64,000 nucleotides of DNA from Candidatus Uhrbacteria bacterium RIFCSPLOWO2_01_FULL_47_17. GTDB lineage: Bacteria; Patescibacteriota; Patescibacteriia; UBA9934; GWF2-40-263. Position 1 is the first letter of the stretch, and the number at the start of each line of letters is the position of its first letter. Below the pieces are notes generated by a model that saw only the letters and a list, made by a program, of their open reading frames with translations, did no database searches and was not told where the DNA came from. The position numbers and the translations under genes were made by a program. Of the stretch, positions 9,533 to 16,327 are shown one piece after another. The stretch spans positions 129,804-193,803 of the forward strand of contig MGEI01000004.1 of the NCBI GenBank assembly GCA_001791305.1, read 5' to 3'.

Positions 9533-10447
9533 ATGCTGACTTCCACATATCGCATCATCAAATTTGCGTTTCAGAATTTTTGGCGCAATATATGGCTTTC
9601 CGTTATTACGGTGAGCATGCTTGTGCTTACGCTCCTGACCGTCAATATTTTGCTTGTGCTCAACCGCGTGACAGATCAAGCAATTTCTTTTGTGGAAAAT
9701 CGGATTGAAGTCTCTGTGTATTTCAATGAAAATGCACCGCAAGTAAAAGTGAATGACGCGCTTACCCATCTTCGATCTTTGCCGGAAGTAAAAGACGTTC
9801 AAGAAATTCCTGCCGATGAAGCGCTTGCTGCATTTAAAACGCGTCACGCAAGTGACCCCGCAATTCTCAGTTCGCTTGATGAACTTGGAAAAAATCCATT
9901 CGGTCCGACGCTCATTATCAAAGCACACAGCGCAAAAGATTTTGACGCAATTATTGCTGCGCTCGATAACCCAAGATTCCGCGACGCCATTCGCCAAAAA
10001 GATTTTTCAGATTATCAGTCGATTGTAAGTAAAATCAGACAAACCACAGATGAAATCCGAATGGGTGGAATTATTTTGTCCGGAATTTTCTTTCTTATCG
10101 CCCTTCTCATTATTTTCAACACGGTTCGTGTCGCTATTTTTATCCACCGAGAGGAAATCGGTATCATGCGACTCGTTGGTGCGTCAAGTAGTTTTATCCG
10201 CATGCCATTTCTTGTCGAGACAATTATTTTGAGTGTGTTATCAATTTTGATTGTGGTCGCCATCGTTTATCCAACGCTTGCCTTTATTGAACCAAAGTTC
10301 AATCAGTATTTTGGTTCTAACACCACCGGTCTTGTTTCCTACTTCGAACAAAACGGACTCCTGATCTTCGGATCACAGTTCCTCGCTCTGCTCGTCGTCA
10401 CCATGGGTTCAACAGCCTTGGCGATGAGGAAACACTTAAAAGTTTAA
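9533..10447 (+). CDS. ftsX: cell division permease-like protein FtsX
   Basis: Immediately downstream of ftsE; 4-TM FtsX topology with a large periplasmic loop; ATG 9533. Confidence 0.8.
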   Translation: MLTSTYRIIKFAFQNFWRNIWLSVITVSMLVLTLLTVNILLVLNRVTDQAISFVENRIEVSVYFNENAPQVKVNDALTHLRSLPEVKDVQEIPADEALAAFKTRHASDPAILSSLDELGKNPFGPTLIIKAHSAKDFDAIIAALDNPRFRDAIRQKDFSDYQSIVSKIRQTTDEIRMGGIILSGIFFLIALLIIFNTVRVAIFIHREEIGIMRLVGASSSFIRMPFLVETIILSVLSILIVVAIVYPTLAFIEPKFNQYFGSNTTGLVSYFEQNGLLIFGSQFLALLVVTMGSTALAMRKHLKV

Positions 10448-10454
10448 ACACAAC

Positions 10455-10486
10455 AAAAAACACTCATCAATGATGAGTGTTTTTTG
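10455..10486 (+). terminator. intrinsic terminator after ftsX
   Basis: aacactcatca-a-tgatgagtgtt perfect hairpin + T5. Confidence 0.7.
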
Positions 10487-10487
10487 T

Positions 10488-10561
10488 TGGTTCCCGGACA
10501 GGGATTCGAACCCCGATAAACGGTACCAAAAACCGTTGTCCTGCCTTTAGACGATCCGGGA
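10488..10561 (-). tRNA. tRNA-Gln (anticodon TTG)
   Basis: Reverse complement folds as a cloverleaf: acceptor UCCCGGA/UCCGGGA (U1-A72), U8, D-arm GUCU-AAAGGCA-GGAC, anticodon stem ACGGU/ACCGU with loop UUUUGGU, T-arm CGGGG-UUCGAAU-CCCUG, CCA encoded. Confidence 0.8.
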
Positions 10562-10691
10562 AAAAGGCATGACGGAATAATAGCGGATTATCGAAAAACG
10601 ATCAAGGGATCTTGACTGATTCTTATTGACGTCTTTACACGAGAATGTCAGAATACCCACCTCAAACGCTCTTTCATTATCGGAGGAAGTC

Positions 10692-11246
10692 ATGTCACAA
10701 ACCCATCGTGTTCTCTTGTCGGAAGATGATATCCTCGAAAAGATCGAGGGAATCGCGACGCAGATCTGCGAGGACTATCGCGGCCAGGAAGTGATTCTGG
10801 TCGGCATCCTGAAGGGTGCGTTCGTCTTTCTGTCCGACCTTGCGCGGGAAATCGAACATCAGAGCCAGGATGGCAAAGGCGTCAGTGCCTGCTTCGTTGA
10901 ATTCATGAGTATCTCGAGCTATGGCGATTCTCGCAAGCCGGGAGATATTCGCATCGAGCTCGATGTTCGCCAGTCGGTTCGTGGTCAAAACGTGATCATC
11001 GTCGAAGATGTCGCAGACTCGCTCGAAACGCTTTACCGTGTGCGCCAGATTCTTTCCGAAAAAGGCGCGGCAGAAATTCGTGTCGCGGTTCTGCTCGAGA
11101 AACCAGAAGGTCACAAACGCAGTGACGTCTCGCTCGACTACGTCTGCTTCCGCATCGAAAACGCCGGCTTCGTCTACGGCTACGGCATGGACGTCGCAGA
11201 AAAATCCCGCGCGCTTCCATTCGTCGCGGTCGCAGACCCGGAATAA
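10692..11246 (+). CDS. hpt: hypoxanthine-guanine phosphoribosyltransferase
   Basis: GGAGGA SD then ATG 10692; PRTase motif VIIVEDVADSLETL; typical Hpt length; GC3-rich codon usage unlike neighbouring genes. Confidence 0.85.
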   Translation: MSQTHRVLLSEDDILEKIEGIATQICEDYRGQEVILVGILKGAFVFLSDLAREIEHQSQDGKGVSACFVEFMSISSYGDSRKPGDIRIELDVRQSVRGQNVIIVEDVADSLETLYRVRQILSEKGAAEIRVAVLLEKPEGHKRSDVSLDYVCFRIENAGFVYGYGMDVAEKSRALPFVAVADPE

Positions 11247-11248
11247 CT

Positions 11249-11276
11249 CACAACCCTCGAAGGGTTGTTTTTATAT
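11249..11276 (+). terminator. intrinsic terminator after hpt
   Basis: acaaccctcgaagggttgt hairpin + TTTTTAT. Confidence 0.6.
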
Positions 11277-11280
11277 CCTT

Positions 11281-11386
11281 GAGGTACAGATTACAGATAA
11301 AAAATACAGATATACAGATGGGAAGAACAAGAGGACGAGAATTTGTATATCTGTATGCCGCCATTTGTAATCTGTACCTCAAGCAT
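11281..11386. repeat. nested perfect inverted repeats (outer 18 bp CTTGAGGTACAGATTACA / TGTAATCTGTACCTCAAG; inner 13 bp ATACAGATATACA / TGTATATCTGTAT)
   Basis: Read directly: arms at 11281-11298 / 11369-11386 and 11308-11320 / 11346-11358. Confidence 0.8.
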
Positions 11387-11409
11387 TCACATGCTACAAT
11401 ACATTCATT

Positions 11410-11793
11410 ATGAACCCAGATGTATCTCGCTCGCTCGTGCTTTGGATCGTGATGTGTGTCGCGTTGTATTTTGGGATCGGATATTTTTTGGATCTCGAGA
11501 CTCTTCCTCGACTCCTGTTCACAACCAACTTCGTCACCTTCACGCTCGTGCTTCTCGACAAGATCGCCGCATCCGCGCGCATGCGACGTGTTCCGGAAAA
11601 GGTGTTGTACGTTGCCACGTTTTTCGGCGGCTCAATCGGCATGCTTGTCGGCATGTTTACCATTCGTCACAAATCACGAAAGACATCATTCCAATTTGTT
11701 GTCGGTGTTTTGGTGTTGCTCCAAATGATGATTTTGCTTTGGTATTTCAACCCAGAATTATTCACATCGTTTGGAGATTCAGGCATGCTATAA
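11410..11793 (+). CDS. DUF1294-like small membrane protein
   Basis: 3-TM protein with FFGGSIGMLVGMFTIRHKSRK motif typical of DUF1294. Confidence 0.5.
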   Translation: MNPDVSRSLVLWIVMCVALYFGIGYFLDLETLPRLLFTTNFVTFTLVLLDKIAASARMRRVPEKVLYVATFFGGSIGMLVGMFTIRHKSRKTSFQFVVGVLVLLQMMILLWYFNPELFTSFGDSGML

Positions 11794-11821
11794 TGTTCCA
11801 CGTTGTTCTTAACCTATTGCT

Positions 11822-12175
11822 ATGCCTAACCTCGAGGAAGTTTATAAGCGTTTAGAGAAAAATAAAAAGCGAAAGCGTGAGATTGGGAAGATGATCATGG
11901 ATGAACTTTCGCACTCGAGCAGATATAAAGAAATCAAAGAAGAGTTGATGGCGCTTCGAGAAGAGAAAAAGGCGATTGAGCAAACCGTTCAAGCAGGGAA
12001 TCCGGATTTTAAGGAGATCGAAGAACTCAAGGCCGAAATTCAAACCGATTCTGAAGTTCTCTCGGATCTCGCGCTCAACATGTACATGAAAGATCAAACC
12101 GTCGAGATTGTCGATGATTACGACCAAAAATGGTACCCCCAGTTCAAAGTGGCATTTAAAAAGGGAAATGGCTAA
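11822..12175 (+). CDS. hypothetical coiled-coil protein (117 aa)
   Basis: ORF with charged heptad-like sequence (EELMALREEKKAIEQTVQ...); followed by a strong terminator. Confidence 0.45.
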   Translation: MPNLEEVYKRLEKNKKRKREIGKMIMDELSHSSRYKEIKEELMALREEKKAIEQTVQAGNPDFKEIEELKAEIQTDSEVLSDLALNMYMKDQTVEIVDDYDQKWYPQFKVAFKKGNG

Positions 12176-12177
12176 AA

Positions 12178-12212
12178 CAAAAAAGTTGTCAGAATCTGAC
12201 AACTTTTTTGTT
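12178..12212 (+). terminator. intrinsic terminator
   Basis: aaaagttgtcagaatctgacaactttt hairpin + T-run. Confidence 0.7.
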
Positions 12213-12336
12213 TGTCAGACTATTGACAAAATCGTCTTTTTCAGGTAGTGTATCGTCTTCGTCTTAAGATCGATCTGCGCCGTGCAATCGACTCAAAAGG
12301 CGATAACCCGGTGCCACAAGCACCACGGAGTTCGAC

Positions 12337-12480
12337 ATGGCTTACACCTGCAAATGCGGATATTCGACCCAGAAGGGCGGCAAGGCCGTCGACAAGCACG
12401 AGCGGACCTGCGGTGCGAACAAGAAGGCCAAGGAGTTCCGCGGCCACCTGAAGTCCGCCAACAAGAAGAAGGCGAAGTAG
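12337..12480 (+). CDS. small Cys/Lys-rich protein (47 aa), GC3-rich, possibly zinc-binding
   Basis: GGAG SD 7 nt upstream of ATG 12337; MAYTCKCGYSTQKGGKAVDKHERTCGANKKAKEFRGHLKSANKKKAK; about 85% G/C at third codon positions with purine-rich first positions (strong 3-periodicity) in an otherwise AT-leaning genome; below the track's 60-aa cutoff. Confidence 0.35.
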   Translation: MAYTCKCGYSTQKGGKAVDKHERTCGANKKAKEFRGHLKSANKKKAK

Positions 12481-12559
12481 CTCGTTGCCAGTTCGGTGTT
12501 GTGTGCGGTTGAGGCTTTTGTTCTCGCCTGACGCTCTCGACGCCGTTTACGCCCCACCC

Positions 12560-12918
12560 ACCGTGGGTGATTGAAAAACTTGATCGCATCCCACCCTCGC
12601 AATTTGAATCGTTTGGCGCTTGGTGGACTTGGATGCGCTATGATCAGGTGGCTGCGATTCTGTGTGGGCACACAGGTCCAGCCTCTCCCGGCGAACGCTC
12701 ATCGATTGGATGTGTCGCTTGTCGGGCAGAACGAGAGTGTGAAAACGCTCAAACCCTCGAGCATGCATCTCATGCTCACCCAGCCGTAGATCTGCTCGTC
12801 GCATGTTGCGATTGAGCGTGAAACGGTCGCCTGCGTCCGGTGGCAATGCCCTCCCCACGGGTCCACTGGCCAGGCCGAACGCTCAACCTGATCCTCATCC
12901 GATCAGGTTTTCTTTTTC
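12560..12918 (+). ncRNA. candidate structured RNA (island A), paralogous to element at 40315-40800
   Basis: GC-rich segment with no periodic coding signal and overlapping ORFs in several frames on both strands; contains GAACGAGAGTGTGAAAACGCTCAA (12729-12752) plus a degenerate copy (12812-12832); ends with a cctgatcctcatccgatcagg + T-run terminator homologous to the one at 40768-40800. Confidence 0.3.
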
Positions 12919-12923
12919 ACAAC

Positions 12924-12950
12924 AAAACCGCTCGTGTGAGCGGTTTTTTT
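12924..12950. terminator. bidirectional terminator (serves dus on - strand)
   Basis: aaaaccgctc-gtgtg-agcggtttttt hairpin flanked by A/T runs. Confidence 0.6.
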
Positions 12951-14016
12951 ACTTTGTCAGTTTCATACGTTCACCCGCATTTGGATGCGCGGCGTCTCTG
13001 TGTGCGATCGCGTCTTTCATGTCTGGGTCGAGGCGCATCTCTTCGAGAATGGTTTCGACTTCCTCTCGAGAAGGCGCGGTGTGCAATCGTTCTTTGTATT
13101 TTTTTGCGCCATCTAACCCTTTCAAATACCACGTAAGATGTTTGCGAAATGTTGTCACGGCTTTCTCGCCGTACTGTTCGATGTGTAATCCTAAGTGAAA
13201 ACGAATCGTGTCCACGCGTTCTTCGATCGAAATCACTTTTGGCGATTTGCCTATGAGCATTTCTTCGATCTGTGCAAAAATCCACGGATTGCCGAGAGCT
13301 CCGCGTGCGATCAGAATTCCGTCGCACTTAGTGTGCTCGAGCGCTTTCATGGCGAGTGGCGCTGTGAACATGTCGCCGTTTGCGAGAATCGGAATCGACA
13401 CGGTCTCTTTGAGCTTGCGAATCATTTCCCAATCCGATTCTCCCGAGTATCCCTGCATGCGCGTTCGGCCATGGACAGTGAGAAGATCGGCACCGGCTTC
13501 TTCGAGAGCCTTCGCAAAGGCAAAGCACTCTGTCGGATCACCCCAGCCGAGTCTAATCTTTACTGAGATGGGTTTCGAGGTAACAGCCTTCATGGCTTTG
13601 ACGATTGCGGCTGCGCGTTCCGGTTCCTTCATGAGTGATGCACCATTGAAATTACAAACAAGTTTGTAAACCGGACAACCCATGTTGATGTCGAATCCCT
13701 CGGGATTATGCTCGCGATCGATGATTCTCGTGGCCTCGGCCATCACGTCCGGATCACTTCCGAAGATTTGCTGCACAAGCGGACGCTCATCCGGATGAAT
13801 CTCCGTCATGTCGAGCGTCTTGTTATTTCCGCGAACAACCGCTTCTGCAGAGACCATTTCGCGAAACATCACAAAATTTGCGATGCGCGTTTCTACGTCC
13901 GCACCAGATTTACTCATGACATATTTTACGGTACGACAAAACGCCGAGTCGGTCATGTCGGCCATCGGTGAAAGCGCAATGATTGGGCGTGGAAGGTTTT
14001 TCCAGTTTAATTTCAT
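12949..14016 (-). CDS. dus: tRNA-dihydrouridine synthase (DusB-like)
   Basis: TIM-barrel Dus motifs ALSPMADMTDSAFCR, NMGCP, KIRLGWGDPTECF; ATG at 14016 (MKLNWKNLPRP); the upstream in-frame extension that covers a repeat is rejected. Confidence 0.85.
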   Translation of the reverse strand: MKLNWKNLPRPIIALSPMADMTDSAFCRTVKYVMSKSGADVETRIANFVMFREMVSAEAVVRGNNKTLDMTEIHPDERPLVQQIFGSDPDVMAEATRIIDREHNPEGFDINMGCPVYKLVCNFNGASLMKEPERAAAIVKAMKAVTSKPISVKIRLGWGDPTECFAFAKALEEAGADLLTVHGRTRMQGYSGESDWEMIRKLKETVSIPILANGDMFTAPLAMKALEHTKCDGILIARGALGNPWIFAQIEEMLIGKSPKVISIEERVDTIRFHLGLHIEQYGEKAVTTFRKHLTWYLKGLDGAKKYKERLHTAPSREEVETILEEMRLDPDMKDAIAHRDAAHPNAGERMKLTK

Positions 14017-14027
14017 ATGTTGTGTTT

Positions 14028-14052
14028 GTAGGGGTGCCCCTTGTGGGTATCC
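14028..14052 (-). repeat. 25-nt near-palindromic repeat, copy 1 (inverted orientation): rc = GGATACCCACAAGGGGCACCCCTAC
   Basis: Read directly; inverted partner of copy at 14138-14162; third copy at 31370-31394. Confidence 0.85.
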
Positions 14053-14137
14053 ATACGATCGGATATGAAAGATATCCCAAAATTGTTGGATGCACAAGGG
14101 ATGCATACCATGTTACACTATCCGCATCGTAAACAAT

Positions 14138-14162
14138 GGGTACCCACCAGGGGTACCCCTAC
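14138..14162 (+). repeat. 25-nt near-palindromic repeat, copy 2: GGGTACCCACCAGGGGTACCCCTAC (two GGTACC cores)
   Basis: Ends 4 nt before the ATG of the MFS-like gene at 14167. Confidence 0.85.
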
Positions 14163-14166
14163 AGAT

Positions 14167-14781
14167 ATGTCAAAATTTTCCCACTTTCGCGAATACTTCC
14201 TCTTGAACATGAATGTCGTTGTTCGGTTCATGATTCTCTCTGATGTGATTTGGATGGGAGCCCTCGGGTTTTTGGGCCCCATTTTTTCTTTGTTTATTGT
14301 GGACTACATCGAAGGAGGAGACGCGCGCGTAGCTGGGTTTGCTGCAACCATTTATCTTTTGACCAAAAGTATTTTTCAAATTCCATTTGCGTCCATCATC
14401 GATAAAATCCGAGGGGAGAAAGATGATTTTTGGATTATGCTGATTGGTTCCATGATTTCGGCGTTGATTCCGCTTTCATATTTGTTTATTCATACGCCCA
14501 TGCAATTGTACATCGTCCAGTTCTTTTATGGACTCATGGTTGCCGCAACGTTCCCATCATTTATGGCGGTCATCTCTCGCCATATGGATAAGAACAAAGA
14601 GTGCAGCGAATGGGGAATCTATTTTACGCTTACAGATTTTAGTTCTGCCATTGCTGCAACCATTGGGGGAGTGATGGTGGCCACTTCTGGATTTCATCCG
14701 CTCATTATTGTGACCGTGATCGTGAGTCTTCTTGGAACATTTTTCCTCTATCCACTTCGCCCGTACATGCGGTTGAAATAA
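14167..14781 (+). CDS. MFS-like 6-TM membrane protein (half-transporter), paralog 1
   Basis: 6 predicted TM helices; about 55% identical to the adjacent 14786..15424 product (shared IYLLTKSIFQIPFASIIDK, LYIVQFF, SEWGIYFTLTD). Confidence 0.55.
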   Translation: MSKFSHFREYFLLNMNVVVRFMILSDVIWMGALGFLGPIFSLFIVDYIEGGDARVAGFAATIYLLTKSIFQIPFASIIDKIRGEKDDFWIMLIGSMISALIPLSYLFIHTPMQLYIVQFFYGLMVAATFPSFMAVISRHMDKNKECSEWGIYFTLTDFSSAIAATIGGVMVATSGFHPLIIVTVIVSLLGTFFLYPLRPYMRLK

Positions 14782-14785
14782 TTTT

Positions 14786-15424
14786 ATGAAAAAGCGTGCA
14801 CTTCCAATCCGGCATTATTTTTTACAGGAAATGAACCCGATTGTTCGTTGTCTTGTGATATCCGATATCGTCTGGCGCGGGAGTGTTGGATTTCTTGGGC
14901 CGATCTTTGCGTTGTTTATTGCGGGATTTATTGAGGGAGGCTCGGCAGAAGTTGTGGGGGTCGCGATGTCCATTTATTTATTCACAAAAAGTCTTTTTCA
15001 AATTCCGTTTTCAACGATCATCGACAAGATGAAAGGTGAGTTTGTGGATTTTTGGTTTATGTTTATCGGAACGATTGTTGGTGCTCTGTTGCCGCTTGCG
15101 TATTTGTTTATTCATACGCCCATGCAGCTTTATGTTGTTCAATTTTTTGCCGGTGTGTTTGCTGCTGCGGCATTTCCGTCGTTCATGGGATTATTCACAA
15201 AACATATTGATAAACAAAAAGAGGGAAGCGAATGGGGGATTTATTACACCCTGACGGATTTGTGTGCGGCTGCAACGGCTGTTATGGGTGGAACAATGGC
15301 CGTCATGTTCGGCTTCCGGACGTTGATCGTCGTCGTAGTTGTTGTGGGTGTCGCCGCATCTCTTTTTCTGTTGCCGATCCGCCTCTCTATTCGCCGTACA
15401 TCGGCAAAAAATAGGGGTCTTTAG
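14786..15424 (+). CDS. MFS-like 6-TM membrane protein (half-transporter), paralog 2
   Basis: Tandem paralog of the upstream gene. Confidence 0.55.
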   Translation: MKKRALPIRHYFLQEMNPIVRCLVISDIVWRGSVGFLGPIFALFIAGFIEGGSAEVVGVAMSIYLFTKSLFQIPFSTIIDKMKGEFVDFWFMFIGTIVGALLPLAYLFIHTPMQLYVVQFFAGVFAAAAFPSFMGLFTKHIDKQKEGSEWGIYYTLTDLCAAATAVMGGTMAVMFGFRTLIVVVVVVGVAASLFLLPIRLSIRRTSAKNRGL

Positions 15425-15465
15425 ATGGTCGCTTGCCGATATTAATTCGTGTATACTGGGCACAT

Positions 15466-15849
15466 ATGAAAAAAAATGTTTCTTCTTGGATGCTTTATGC
15501 GGTTGCGGTTTTGGTCGTTGTGGGTCTTATTGGGTTTGTTCTGTCACAACAGTCCGCAAATGTTGATCCAAAAACAGACGCGTTTGCACAGTGCCTCACG
15601 GATCAAGGGGTGAAAATGTACGGCGCGTGGTGGTGTCCGCATTGCAAAGAACAAAAAGAATTGTTCGGAAAATCATTTTCAAAAATTGCCTACACAGAAT
15701 GTTCGGTTCCGGGTTCAAACGCCATGAATCAAACCTGTAAAGATGCAAAAATTGAAGGATATCCAACCTGGGAATTTAAAGATGGGACGCGCGTGAGTGG
15801 AGCGCAAACACTCGAGAACTTAGGAAAGAAAGCTGAATGCTCTCTATGA
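15466..15849 (+). CDS. thioredoxin-fold protein (DsbA-like, CPHC active site), membrane-anchored
   Basis: N-terminal TM, WCPHCK motif; translationally coupled to the VKOR gene downstream. Confidence 0.65.
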   Translation: MKKNVSSWMLYAVAVLVVVGLIGFVLSQQSANVDPKTDAFAQCLTDQGVKMYGAWWCPHCKEQKELFGKSFSKIAYTECSVPGSNAMNQTCKDAKIEGYPTWEFKDGTRVSGAQTLENLGKKAECSL

Positions 15850-16307
15850 TGAAAAAATTAACGCATTGGATGGTTGGTCTTGCGATGGTCGGACTTGCTC
15901 TTTCGACCTATTCGTTTTTGCATAATCGTGGGTTTGTGTCTGGAAGTATTTGCACCATTAACGCCACCATCAATTGTGACATTGTAAACAAAGGCCCGTT
16001 CTCCGAATTTTTTGGCGTTCCTGTTGCGCTTATCGGTATCATCGGCTATTTGTTTTTGTTGATTGGATCACTCCTGAAAATAAAAACACCAAACGATCGT
16101 TCTCTCACTTTGTTTCTGTTTGGAATTGCGTGCGCCGGATTCGGATTCAGTCTCTATCTGACATCTATCGAAGCGACTATTCTCCATGCATGGTGTCTCA
16201 TTTGTGTGCTCTCACAACTCGCCATGCTCGGATTTATTGTTCTCATAACAAAACTCGCTCATGAGGAAAACCATTTTTCGTTTTTGAAAAAATTCTTCCT
16301 TCCCTAA
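15837..16307 (+). CDS. vitamin K epoxide reductase (VKOR) family protein
   Basis: Multi-TM protein with loop Cys pair (ICTINATINC) and active-site CLIC (CXXC) in a TM helix; classical VKOR-thioredoxin pairing. Confidence 0.7.
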   Translation: MLSMMKKLTHWMVGLAMVGLALSTYSFLHNRGFVSGSICTINATINCDIVNKGPFSEFFGVPVALIGIIGYLFLLIGSLLKIKTPNDRSLTLFLFGIACAGFGFSLYLTSIEATILHAWCLICVLSQLAMLGFIVLITKLAHEENHFSFLKKFFLP

Positions 16308-16327
16308 CTCCTCACCCCTTTCCCCTT

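Noticed and set aside
10695-11114. 139-aa minus-strand ORF
   Set aside because: It is entirely antisense to the well-supported hpt gene, a GC-rich artefact.
11343-11855. 170-aa ORF spanning the nested palindrome and the DUF1294 gene in another frame
   Set aside because: It reads through a perfect palindrome and the promoter region. The 11410-11793 frame gives a coherent 3-TM protein.
12567-12815. ORFs inside island A (for example 12567-12815 and 12571-12789) and island B (40316-40621 and 40618-40836) as protein genes
   Set aside because: They have no third-position bias, overlap in multiple frames on both strands, and the conserved motif is read in different frames in different copies (RECENAQT versus NASVKTL). 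This fits chance ORFs in GC-rich RNA-coding or non-coding DNA.
12560-12918. Attempt to call the GC-rich islands as RNase P RNA, tmRNA, SRP RNA, 6S or 5S rRNA
   Set aside because: There is no tRNA-like T-loop or ALAA tag frame (tmRNA), no GGAAAGUCCGGGC CR-I or GGUAAGAGCGCACC block (RNase P), and no AGGUCAGGUCCGGAAGGAAGCAGC (SRP). Only short, ambiguous resemblances were found. Left as unknown candidate RNAs.
13195-13669. ORFs 13195-13566, 13208-13669 (+) and 12971-13327 (-)
   Set aside because: All overlap the conserved dus coding sequence on the opposite strand or in other frames.
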